NCBI RefSeq assembly: GCF_000315625.1
Contig: NW_005434650.1
Location: 745,439-809,438 of the forward strand
Source: Guillardia theta CCMP2712
Taxonomy: Eukaryota; Protista; Cryptophyta
Reading direction: 5' to 3'
Length of the DNA: 64,000 nucleotides
This document shows, one piece after another, positions 25,208 through 37,400 of this stretch. Both the position numbers and the translations under genes were made by a program. The notes beneath the pieces were generated by a model. It worked only from the letters and a program-made list of their open reading frames with translations. It ran no database searches and was not told the DNA's origin. Positions within the stretch are counted from its first letter, which is position 1. Every line of letters starts with the position of its first letter.

Positions 25208-27695
25208 ATGGATGGTTTACAAACGAGACTGGAGCAAGGAGGAATCGTCAAAACTCCTGCACGCACGGTGAGTAAATCAAATCTCTTTTCAAGAGCATCA
25301 TTCGTTGGCAGGGTGACAACCCGGTGAACGTGCACGTTTCTTCCGTTCAGTCTGTCATTCGTAATGCTCATCTGGTCCAATATCACTGGAAAGGTGAAGA
25401 CTTTGCTGTGGCCTCTTTGAGACTGATGATGGCGTTTTAACGAAGATGTTGACCTTGAAGCGAAGCGGAAGGCATGGGAAGAAACTACACTCGAAGTGGC
25501 GAATGCACAGGAATCAAGCGCAGCCTCTCGAAAAGCTTTAGCAGAATCCACAAAGAATTTCAGAAAATTGCCGGACGAAGAGAAGTTAGCTGCCTGGGGA
25601 GCGCTACTCAAATCCTACCAGTCAGAAATTGACAGCTTGACAAAACGCTGCAAAGCTGCTGAACTCGCGTTCATCAATGTGTTCAAGGCCTTGCGAGACG
25701 TGCCTGACCCAACAGGGATGTTGAGCACTCTTTGTGAGGAGCTTGAAAACATGATTGTGTTGAAAACGGCCTATGACAAGGTCAGCAAGGAGCTGGATGA
25801 ATACAAAGAGGAATTCCAGTCGTTGAAGAATCAAGATGTAACCATAAGACGGCTGGAGGAAAAGATCGCATCGTTGGAAGAGGAACGTGAGGGATACGTA
25901 GCAGCTGCCCTGGATGAGCATGCACGCGCCTTGGAGGTCCAGACCAAAGCCGCTATGGAAAGCAAGGAAAAGAAAGAAAAAGAGCTCGAAAATCAGGTCA
26001 AGCAACTAAAGCAGAGCATTGTTGAGATGCAGAGGAAGAACGATGAGGCTCAGGCACTTCAGCTGGAGAATCAAGTTCAACTGGAAGCAGAGATTGCGGC
26101 CAAACACTCTCAGATTGATTTGCTTTCTGAGGAAGTTGATCGCCTGTCCGCTCAAGTCACAGCTACTGAAAGAGAAAAAGAGCAAATCAATTCGCAATAT
26201 CTTGAACTCTGGAGGAAGCACTACACAAACGGTGAGGCTGCTGCGTCTGGTACGACCTCGTCCACTTCTGCGAAGGTTGTGGAGTTGGAGACTGCCCTTC
26301 AGTCCAAGGAGGGTAGACTTAAACAGCTTTGCCTACAAGTCGAAATTCTTGAGGAGTCTGTGCAGAAAGAGCGAGATACAGCGCAACAGGCGGCAGAACA
26401 ACATTTGCGGCAACTGAAAGTGAAGGAACAGGAGATCGAACATTTGAAACAGACGATCTCTGAGTTGCCTTCACAAGCAGACTACAGACGCCTCAAGAGA
26501 CAAATCCAGATTTTACAAGCAGTGGAATACAACATGCCAGATGCTTTAGAAAGTGCGATGAATGAGTCCGACGAAGAGCATGAGGACGAAGACAACAAAG
26601 GATCCGAAATCCGTAAGCTGGAAGAGATTCTCATTGCTAAGAATCGGCAGTTGGATTCGAAACTTACTGAGACGAAGAGGCTTCTGGACTCCACCAATGA
26701 CGAGCTGAAGGAGCTCAAGAAGAAGGAGACAGAAGCTGAACAGAAAATTGCTGAGCAAGCTGCGCTGATCGCCAAACTTGAAGACCAGCTTTACACGCAG
26801 CAGAGCCCACTCTCGCAAGGCTTTTCTGCGCAACACCTTTCCGCACTCCTAGACTCCAAAGATCGTGATCACGACGAAGAAAACGTCCCTGCGAATCAAA
26901 ACTCTCTTGCGGCAGCAGTGGCCGAGCAGAGGGATCGTTTCCGAGCCGCAAACATTGCGCTGGAAGCTGAGAACACTGCATTGAAGAAGAGACAGACCAA
27001 CTTGGAGGGGGAGATCCGAACTCTCCGTTCGGACAACGTGAAGATGTACGAGAAGATCAAATATTTGGAGAGTTACCGGCCAGGAGCAGCAGCGAGGGGA
27101 AATCACTCGGACGTTGAAGCAGGAATCGACACTTTCCCACATGCTGACAAGTACAAGGCGCTGTACGAAGAGAGTTTGAATCCCTTCACTGTGTTCAACC
27201 AGAAACAGCGACAGCTGAGAAAGGAGAAGATGCCACTACATGAGAGGCTGATGCTGGAAATGTCGCAGTTCTTCTTGGGGAATTCTGTTGCAAGGAAATT
27301 CTTGTTCTTCTACATGGTGAACGCGAGATGGTGTGGGGAATGGATGTTCTGACTGACTTGTTTCCCTTCCAGGTCATTATGCATATTCTCGTGTTCGTCA
27401 CTCTCTACCGCTTCACTCACAATACCGGATGTCGTAGAATATCCGGAGGAGGTGCAGCGGCTGCCGCTCAGGCTGCTGGTCAGGCCGCAGGTACACTGAG
27501 GGTCAAGGAGGAGGCTGAGGGGAGAGAGGAGGGGGATCAGGGAGCCACAGAGGAGACTCAGTGGGGAGGGATGGCGAGGGTTGTCGAGGAGAGGTGGAGA
27601 GGGGAGGAGGGGGAGTCATGTCTAGTCACTGAGAGTCCGCAGGAGTTGCAATTGCCCAGCAGATGTTGGCGAAGAAAATGGTGAGAAGATTGTGA
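25208..27695 (+). CDS. CASP: CASP/CUX1 (Coy1-like) golgin
   Basis: N-terminal WK|DVDLE...LLKSYQSEIDSLTKRCKAAELAF...DVPDP. C-terminal QRDRFR...LRSDNVKMYEKIKYLESY...YEESLNPF. TM ARKFLFFYM|VIMHILVFVTLY keeps the conserved Tyr and His. Confidence 0.9.
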
Positions 27696-27871
27696 ACTTC
27701 TTTCAACCTTCAAGTCATCATGCATACAGGAGGCGTCACCATGGCCAGCAGCTAGCAAGCGATAAAGGGCAAGAGGTTCATGTCAATAACAACTTCTGAA
27801 GTATAAGAATGCAACTCGACACGATGAGGCAGGAAGACGCCCATACCGACAGCAACTCCGATGCCTCACTG

Positions 27872-29841
27872 TCAGGCAGGCTGAATGACCACCCGCACAA
27901 GGTCGACCTTGCGGATGTGGTGGATCTCAATGTAGTTCTCCTCCGACCGGACCCACCTGGTCGCCATCTTGGGAGAAATCTGTACGTCAAGACCCTTGGG
28001 GAAGTAAAACTCCTCGGACACCTTCAAGCATGCGATAAGAACAAAACGAGGCAAGATCATCGTCTCACGTAGATGAGAGAGGGTGAGGAGACGTTGAGGT
28101 CCGGCCAGTATATAAGCTCGAGCCGAGCGCTCGCCTTCGTCCACTGGAAGTGTCTGATATCACCGGCTATGGCGACGGGATAGCCACGTGCTAGAGCTGC
28201 CCAGTTGGATAGGAAGAGCTGGGAAAGTTGATCAGGTGATACCAAGAGACCGAGGAGGCAAAACCTCTCCGGAATCGGTCCACAAGCATCCTCCAAAGCC
28301 AGTCTTGCAAGCACCGAATCCTCCCCATTGCGTCATCTGCGACGGGGAGCGAATGTGAGGAAACAAAAGACACCGAGAGAGTCTCACCGGGTCCGAGATG
28401 TTGCCGTTGCAGAACATCTTGTACTCCCAGACAGCCCATGACACGAACATGGAGTCGGCAGCTTGAGCCGATCTAGCGAAGATAGAGTCTGAAGAACACT
28501 GCTCTCCGAACTCAGTCAGCATGATTCCTGTGTTGAGCCGTTCCGCTTCGCGTACCTGCTCCTCTTGTCAAAGTGCTGCAGACTCAGAGGAACAAGAAAG
28601 CTACGTGAATCGCGACTTCCTGGAAGGAAGAATTCTTTCTTTGAGGTCCTGCTGGCCACTCATAGTGATGGAACACAAGAACGCTCCTGGTAGTTAAAAA
28701 AAGAGCACGAGAAGCTTTTCAATACCCTCCTTTGCCTCTTTCCTCTTCCCCTACCTGTTGGCATTTTGAGACCCTCCTGGAGGATGACTGAACCCGTTTC
28801 CATAATTGTCCCATGTGACTCCTGCAAAGAAGACGAGCCGGGTTGGATCGACTTCCCATATTGCAGTCGCAAGTCGATCGTACACTCTCTGGTGGATCAT
28901 GATTAGGAGCATGAAAACACATTAATTTTTCCCTTCACCTGCAGGTTGTATTCATCCGCGACTTCTGGCACGAGCAGGAGAGGATTGTGGAAGATGTTAC
29001 CACACCAGGGCTCGTTCACCAGCTCGATCCCCAGCACATATGGTTCATTCTACAGAGAGATCAGCAGCTCCTGACATTCTGAACTAGTTACCTTGAAAGC
29101 AGCGGCAACTGTAGCCCACATATTAGCCCAAGCGTCGAGAATGCCGTCTTTGTTGTCATAGATCGCCTTGGCGAACATGTAAGATGGACACACCCGATGC
29201 ACAGATTGTACCTGGACTGCTGAGCTGACAGCCTCCGCAAAATAGTATCTCGACCAGTCACCTTTGAGACATTCTTCTACCGTTGGAAATCCTGTCGCTG
29301 GATCGAAGCTTTCAAACGGCGCCAGATAAGGTTCGGGGAAACGAAGCCTGCCTGATGGCAGTATAACCCAGTCAGGAAAACCTTCTCCGCAAAATCTTTC
29401 AGTGAGTGCATCTTGATGCATGTCCAGCAGAGTGTAAATTCCTCTCTTTGCTGCTTTTTGTGCTATCGACTTGAGAACCCCAATGTATGTCATGTTGTAT
29501 TGTCCACGTTGTGGCTCTATACCCGGCCACATGGTTCCGAGCCGAATGACATTTACGCCTGCTGTCTTGAGGAGATCAAAATCCAAATCATGCAGAGACG
29601 TCTGGAAGTCAAAATACTCCGTCCGAGGATGCCAGGGTGCTCCCTTCACGATGGCATTCACCCCATGGAATATTCGCTCTCGCCCTGCAGCATCCACAAA
29701 CGGTCTGAAGCCAGTGGCTCCGGGCTCGCCAAGATGTATCGGCAAGATAGGATCATCGCTCACACGAGGGAGTCTAACTCGATCAATTCCTTGAGCAATT
29801 TGAAGGAGAAAGAGCCAAAGAAGAAGAGAAGATCTTAGCAT
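27872..29841 (-). CDS. Glycoside hydrolase family 5 endoglycoceramidase-like, secreted, multi-exon
   Basis: Signal peptide; GRERIFHGVN; GVNVIRLGTMWPGIEP; LLDMHQD; VLGIELVNEPW (acid/base); MLTEFG (nucleophile); SWAVWEYK. Confidence 0.9.
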
Positions 29842-30694
29842 GGGTATATGTCCAGAAGTTTGGCGGAGAAACTCAATGTGTACAAACCAGCAAATGGTCT
29901 AGGGGACTGAGGAAGGATGCGAAGAGAAGGAGAGCTCGGAGAAGCAGGAGATAGCAAGAGGAGCAAGATAAGAATGGGAGTGGGAAATGACGGGAAAAAG
30001 GTGTAAAAGATTGGCACAAGGAGAAACAGAGGAACAGGAAAAGAGAGCAAGTGAACCGAATAGTGAGACTTGTCCAGGAGGAGGAAAGGGGGAGGAAGTG
30101 GAAGAGGTAGTGGAGGACAATGAAGAGGAGGAGGAGGAGGAGGAGGAGGAGGAGGAGGAGGAGGAGGAGGAGGAGGAGGAGGGAGCGGAGGACGATCTGC
30201 TTCCTTTTCAGGAACTAAATCGTTCTGTCTTGAAGCATGGCCGTTGCGATCCCTCGCCGACCCCTAATGAAATTCTCACCCCTACCCCCCCATTTTTCGA
30301 TTGTGACATTACCACCCGTGGTTATATCGTAAAAAGTACCCTAGTATTATAAAACCTTTGTGACCTCACCCCCTTTCAATCGTGATTGTACCCCACCCCA
30401 ATCACAGCACCAACAAACTTAGTTCCCCCCTACTAGTGCCACTGCTTAGAAGGCCAGCCCTGTCTCGTTGCGTCCGATCACTGACCGGGCCCGCCGACTG
30501 TACTGCCTCGCTACTGACTCAGTCACTCCTTGCTCGGCAAGTTTTTCCGTACTAGTAGCGACCATATGGCCTGTACGACAGTACGGTACAGTGTCAAAGT
30601 CAACTTGGCAAAGCCTCGTCGGCGACAGGGGCATTACTGGCTTCTCAAAACGTTTCATTTACAAGGTGAAATCTTTCAGAATTTTCAAGCTGTT

Positions 30695-31965
30695 CTAGAC
30701 AAGTCCAGCAACGTAATAGCTTGAAGGCTCAATTCTGCGCACAGCATTTGCCTCACCATCAACGATTTGCATGAGAACATCAGTGTGGCTCAAGGATCTG
30801 CAGTTGTTACAAGCTGCAACATATGATTGAAGGGACGAAGAATCCAAATGATTTCCCCAAAGGAAAAGTGTCTGCAATGAAGTGACATCAGCACCAATTG
30901 CTTTTTGCAGGTGCAAACACTACCTTGAGCTTCGTGCTGTGAGCGACGGCGATCGACAAGGCTTCGATTCCACGTGACGCAATCTCGTTGTAAGAAATAT
31001 CGAGCTCTACGACGCTGCTGACCGGAAGAGCTTGTGCAAGAGCCTCGCAGCCTCGATCGCATAGTTGATTGCACGAAAGCTTCAACCTGCAGCATGTTAA
31101 TTCGTCAAACATTCCAAGGCAACATTTACCGAATCAAGTTCTGGTCTTTCTTCAACAGATTGTGAATGTGATTTCCGGATATTTCAGTGAGCCTGTTGCT
31201 CGACAAGTCTAATTCCGTTAGTGTTTGATTCAGCATCAAATTGTCGCACAGCAGGAAACATCCATGATCTCTCAGCCCAGCATTCTTGATGGAGAGGGAC
31301 TTGAGACTCTTGTTGATTTTCAGTCCGGTAGCAAGGTGATAGATGCTTTCTTCTTGACAGCTGAAAAGAATGGGCCGGTCGACGTTCAAAGAAGTGATGC
31401 TGTTGTTCTGTGCTAAAGCCTTCCCCAACATCGTGAAAGTCTGATGTCCAAGATCCATACAACCAAGACTTATTGTGCGAATAGAAGTGTTGCGAGCTAG
31501 ATTCTCTACCAAGATCAAGCCGCCTTTATCTTCGATTTTGTTTCCATCCAGAAAAAGGTGTGATAAGCTCTGGAGATTGTTCATGACATCCGCAATTCGC
31601 TTTGCACCCTCCACTCCAAAATTGTTATGAGAAAGACTAAGTGCAATCACATTGTCAAATTCCTGAAGATAGTCCATCAGAAGGCCGACACCATGATCAG
31701 ATATGTTGTTCCAGCTCAAGTCAAGCTCTCGCAGTACTAAATCTCCTGCTTGTCTCATTCCTTTCAGGAGCGCCTCCAAGTCCCCATCGTCCAACCGTGT
31801 CGGGTACGCAATCTTCGAGTTTCCCTTCAAGATGAGGGAGGTAAGCTGAGTGTCACTAACCGCGATTTCATCAAGAAAGTCTACAACTGCTGAGTGCGGC
31901 CTCCTCTCTCCTCCCTCACAAGCCTCGATGTATCCCTGTCTCAGCGCTCCTGCCATTGCTGCCAT
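30695..31965 (-). CDS. LRRC34: RNI-like leucine-rich-repeat protein, LRRC34-like
   Basis: LRELDLSWNNISDHG; SLNVDRPILFSCQEESIYHLA (LRRC34-type insertion); C-terminal TDVLMQIVDG. Confidence 0.75.
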
Positions 31966-32285
31966 ATTGAGATTCGCCGCCCGCGCAGCGCCCGCGACTG
32001 GCCCGCGACCGTTGATGGTAAGAGTGGGGATGTGGGGAATAGGGCGGGTTTTGGAGCCGGAGTTCACGGCCCCGGTTGTCGCGTACTACGGTACGGTCAC
32101 CTAACTAGGCTCTCTCAGAGCCGGCGGCACCAGTAGCCGGGACTAGCTAGGATTTTATTCGCTGTTATGAACAATTTTGAAAAAGACGAGAGAGGTCTAG
32201 GAAGAGCTAGGTTTATGCAGGATGGGAGTGATGGAGTTTTTCATCTGCATAGAGAAGTCAGTCACGGCCGCTCTCATAACAGTGC

Positions 32286-33818
32286 TTAAAAAGCTCGCAC
32301 CAGGTCGATGGCTGATCGCACACGTTCAGCATGTTCACCAGACACGAGATGGCCGTCGGGAAGTGACTCAATCTTGATGCTTACATGCTTCTGCAGAAAT
32401 TCGGTTAAGCCAGAGACGCTTCGATCACCCATGTAAGTCAAGGCTGTCTTGTTGTGAGCCGAGAACAAAGTGATTGTGGGATAGCTGGTCAGGTTCAGGT
32501 AAGGCTCGGGGTCGTTGCTAGAGACATCGAACTCATAGAGCACCAGTGAATCGACATGTGCCATCGACACGGCGAGAGACCGATACGTCGGCTCGAGGAG
32601 GTTGCAAAATCCGCACCACCTCGTTCGAAAATTGACAAGAACATCTTTAGCCGGGTCCATCACGCGGCCACGAAATTCCTTTGCCACAAGAGTGTACACA
32701 GGTCCGTCCTCGTGAAGAGGCGCATCCGCCGATCGCAACGTTGGACTGACTTGATGCGCAAAGACCCTCTGGACGAAGTCGAAGATGAGGTCTTCTCGGA
32801 GAGGCTGATTGCGGGGAAACACGTAATGAGACTCATTCTTGATGTCGACAAAGACGAGTGAGGGAATTGTCCTGGGCGGAATGCCCATTTTCAAGGCCAG
32901 CTGTTGATATCTGATCCCATCAAGAGTGGCAACATTCAATGAACCCTTGAAATGTGCGGCAGTCTTGTACAGGGCAACTTGCAGCTTGTCTGACCTGGCA
33001 GAATCATCGCGGTAGAGGATCAACGCGGGGATGCCCGATCCCAACTTAGAATAATAGTTATCTTGAGTGAGAGGTTCAATCAGCGGAACTGCCCACTCCG
33101 ATACCCACAACCCGAACTTCATCACAAGAGATTCTGCGTCACTAGACTGTTCTTGCTGCCATGTCACAGAATCCTGCTGTTGACGAAGAATAATGTATGA
33201 AGGAAGCGTTGAGATCCCCAAGATGTTGTGGATCCCTACATTGGTGATGTATACAAAGCTCAATTGGTCCTTTAGATTCCTCGCGGTCACCAGAAAGTGT
33301 TCACCGATGTCGTTGGCATCTTGCACAAATGCAGCTACCACCACCTGCTCCCTTTCCAGCATATCCACTAAATGTACAATTTTCCAGACACTGTTTACAT
33401 CATCGTCCATCATTCTTCTGCAGTATTTCACCATTTCGTCAGCTGTAGCTCGGTGCAGGTATTCATATGCTTGCCCCTTTTGAAAGAAGAGCAGTGTAGG
33501 ATGATATGTGATCTCGTTCTGTTGGCAAATATTCGCTCCATCAGCTGTGCTGCAGTCTACTCGGGCAAACATCGGACTTCCACCCATAACTGCTGCTGCT
33601 CGACGAAACTCAGACCGGAGACGACGGGAATGTCCGCACCAAGGAAGGAAAAATTCAACGAAGAGGCCGGTATCGTTGTACTTATCTAGGTACTCGGGCA
33701 TGCTAGTTGCGTCCAAAATTTTACTTCCTGGAGAATCTTGCCATTCCTGTTCCTCGCTTCCGAACAAACCGACACCATACGTGAACATCAAAACAATGGT
33801 CGCAGTAGGGAATCTCAT
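32286..33818 (-). CDS. Protein disulfide isomerase family (a-b-b'-a'), single exon
   Basis: Signal peptide MRFPTATIVLMFTYGVGLFG; thioredoxin sites WCGHS and WCGFC; ends DLVRAF. Confidence 0.88.
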   Translation of the reverse strand: MRFPTATIVLMFTYGVGLFGSEEQEWQDSPGSKILDATSMPEYLDKYNDTGLFVEFFLPWCGHSRRLRSEFRRAAAVMGGSPMFARVDCSTADGANICQQNEITYHPTLLFFQKGQAYEYLHRATADEMVKYCRRMMDDDVNSVWKIVHLVDMLEREQVVVAAFVQDANDIGEHFLVTARNLKDQLSFVYITNVGIHNILGISTLPSYIILRQQQDSVTWQQEQSSDAESLVMKFGLWVSEWAVPLIEPLTQDNYYSKLGSGIPALILYRDDSARSDKLQVALYKTAAHFKGSLNVATLDGIRYQQLALKMGIPPRTIPSLVFVDIKNESHYVFPRNQPLREDLIFDFVQRVFAHQVSPTLRSADAPLHEDGPVYTLVAKEFRGRVMDPAKDVLVNFRTRWCGFCNLLEPTYRSLAVSMAHVDSLVLYEFDVSSNDPEPYLNLTSYPTITLFSAHNKTALTYMGDRSVSGLTEFLQKHVSIKIESLPDGHLVSGEHAERVRSAIDLVRAF

Positions 33819-34431
33819 ATTGGGTATCGCCTTGTCACGAAAATACGAAAGGTTTATGGAAGAACCGTGGAAGGCGGCATGTCCAAGAAATCCTGTAAAA
33901 CCCAACATGGATTAATTGACAAACAAGATATACAATCTAGAGTTACAAAGAGACCATCCATTTGCTCCTTCAGCACTTTGACCAACCCCTTAACTGCATC
34001 TGTTTGTTTTGAGGGGTTCCTTGTCCCGATAAGCTACTTTACTTGCTATCCTGTTCATCCACCGGAACCTTTATTCACTCTCTGCCCGATTCGATTCCAC
34101 GCTCTTTCTCAATGACTCGCTTAATCTCTGAGCTTTACTGCCATTCCATTTCCTCCTGTTATCCACGTCCGTTGCGCAGGAACTACAATCACCTATTAAC
34201 TTTCTTCTTCCCTCCTCTCCTCCTCTCCTCCTCTCTCTCTTCCCCTCCACTCCTTCCCCGCCTTCATCTCCTCCTCTACCCTCTCCTCTCGTTCAGCGTT
34301 GGACATCAAAGGTCCTCACGCTTGGTGGCAGGTGGGATTTATTTGTTAATCTGGATTTAGGTGTTTAAATATGAATTAAGAACTTTTCGCTTTCAATTTC
34401 TTGAGTAAAATTTGTTTTCGGGGCGATCGGG

Positions 34432-37400
34432 ATGGCGGGGAGGAGTGGGAGGAAGGGCGATCCTGTGAAGAGGGTGCGGGAGATCATCTTCCACAACTAC
34501 CCCGATGGCTACGAAGCCTTTGCCGACATGGATGCCGATCACGATGGTAAGATCAGTCTGCAGGACTTTGTAGGGAAGGTCAAGGAGCTCGAGTGGGGCG
34601 ACGACATCTCTACGGACGATCTCGACATCGTGTATCATGCCTGCAAGGTCGATCAAGACGGGCTCGTCTCTCTCAAAGACTTCCTCACCTTGCTCAATGC
34701 CCAATCGACCTCAGCTGTCAAGTCTTCAGGCAGATCTTTCGAAGAGGTACTGCTGGCTCCCTGCATCATTCCCTGACGAGGTCCTTCAGGTGCTCCTTGA
34801 ATGTAAAGACGAACATGGCGCGCAAAAGTTTGTTTCTGTTCCAGCGAGTGTGACATGGCCTGAGCTTCTGCAGAAACTTAAGAAGAAATACAGCAGGCCT
34901 GTCACATTCATGTACGAAGCTGACGGTAACCCCTACACGGTGAAATCAGAGCGAGATCTGAAGCAATGCTGGGACTCCGTGGAAGAAGCATTCACAAAGC
35001 TCAAGGCAGGATCAGGCATCTCAGCTCATCTAGAAGCTTTCATTGTCGACCTGGACCCCTCAATCTTCAATGCTAGCACAAAATCTGCTCCGAGCGCTCA
35101 AAAACCGGCCATTGCCGCCCGTCGTTCTGTCCTGCCACCCAAGCGAGTGAGCATGAAAGGGAACGATATAGATGAGGTAGAGAAGAGCAAAGATGCTACT
35201 TCTCGGAGAATGGCCTTGATGCAAGACTTTGAAAGCAAGCATCAGTGGATCGATGAGATGATGAAGAAGATCGGGGGAGTAGAGCAAGAACCAGTCGGGC
35301 TGAGAGACAAGTGGGATCGGCTCATGAAAGCCTGCAAGACATTGGACACGAAGCGAGAAGGTCTCTTATCTCACGACACTTTCCGAAAGGCTTTGCTTGC
35401 TGTGGAGCCAAACTTGACCAAGCAGCAGATCCAGTGGTTCATTCATGATGCTGATCCATCTGAGAATGGACGAGTGCCCTACGAACGATATTGTTCACAG
35501 AAGATTCAAGGAAACGCCATCTCACAACAAAACGACGTACAAGAATTGGCTGTGCAAGACATGGAGCAGAGAATCTCTGAAGCCTTGAGGCATCGCTACA
35601 AGTCGCTACCAGTATCTTTCAGAAAGATGGATGCTGACGGCGACGGATACATCTCAAAGAGTGAATTGAAACAGGTGATTGAAGAGAAGCTGGATATCAA
35701 GATTCCAAACAGGATGTTTGAGGAGGTTTTCAGACGCATGGATACCAAGGGTGATGGGAGTATCGACTATCAAGAGTTTCTCGAGCATTTCCATTCGGCA
35801 GCAGAGATCAAAGTTGATGTCGACGGAAGTTGCGATTCCATGTCCGTGTATGAAATCTGCAAGCTGTTGCTGAACATATATGGGTCCACGGCTGAAGCCT
35901 TCAGAGAGCTGAATGTCGGTGGAAACGGGAGAGTCACTCGAGATGAGCTGTTCGAAGGTCTTCGGAGAGTTGGAGCGAGGATGAGTCTGAGGCGGATAGA
36001 TCAAATCATATCTGAGATTACCAACGATCAAGGCAAATTCATGAATTACAAGCATTTTCTCAAGGCGATGTCTACGGTGAAAATGTCAGATGCAAGAGCG
36101 GTCGGACAAGACGAGTCTCTCAAGGAAGAAGCAATGATCCGAGACGCGATCCGAGAATCGTTTTCAGACGCCAAACAAGCATTTCACTCGTTTGACAAGG
36201 ATAAAGATGGTCGCCTCTCACAAAAAGAATTCTTTGATGGTCTGGATAGAATCTTTCAGCATGAGCCTCTCAACAATCTCTTGAAAAATCGATTGTTCAA
36301 GAGAACTGATTTGGACGGAGATGGTTTCTTGGCATATCATGAGTTCTTGACAAGGTTTGGGGTGAAGCCCGTTCTGCGAATCACGCAAGGATTTGAAAGG
36401 AAAGTGTCTGACGCGCTCAAGAAACATTATTCAGATTCTTTGCACAAAGCCTTTGTAGACATGGACGAAGATAAAGACGGGATACTGCGGAAAGAAGAAT
36501 TCAAACATGGAATCCAGAAATATCTGCGAATGCAGGATGCAAAAGACGAAGACATTGAGTCTATGTTCCACACTGCTGACAATCGTGAGCTCATTATGGA
36601 CTTCCATGAGTTTGTCGTTCGCTTTGGCATCGATTACAAGAGTGAGGGTCGCTGGGTTTTCACTAGTGACACAAAGAGCAAAGATCAACACAAGGTCCCC
36701 GAGAGAGTAAAGATTTTTCGTCGTAACATGCCGCCTTCCAAGTGGTACGGCCGAGGAGGAGTGATGGCTATCCTTGCCAATTTCTGTCAGAGAGGAACGC
36801 TACGCAGGAAACTGAGCCTCCTCGCCGAGCGGTGTCAAGAGCTGGACAGCCAGGGCTCGGGGCTGATTGCTGTCGATGGTTTCACTTCCATGGTCACCAC
36901 TGTCGAGCCGAAATTCGTGCAGAGCATCGTGCAGTGGCTGTTGCAGTATGTGGAAGCAAAGGCGATGATATCGGGATCAAACATCAACTACTTGAAGGTG
37001 CTGAAGCATCTTGAAGAGGAGCATATCTTCCTAGAATTCATGGACTTGAAAGCCTTTGGCATGGCGCTGAGGAATGGTCTGAATATGAGCTCCCTTACTG
37101 CTGATGAAATTCTTTTGCTGTCAGGGAAGACAGAATCAAACACATGGTGGGACAAGCAGGCGCAAGCTGTGAACCTTTACTTGTTCTGGAAAGATTTCTT
37201 GATCAAAGACTTCAAGCTGGAGTTCTCGCTCTTCCGCGCTCTCCTCTACGAGAATCACTGGCAAGAATTCAAGGCTGCCTTCGAATCTTTCGACATCTCC
37301 TCCAAGACACAGACCCTCATCTCTAGGACTGATTTTGTCCTTGCGCTAGATCGCCTGGTCGCAGACGGCATTATTGACAAGGCAGAGAAGCAAGATATCT

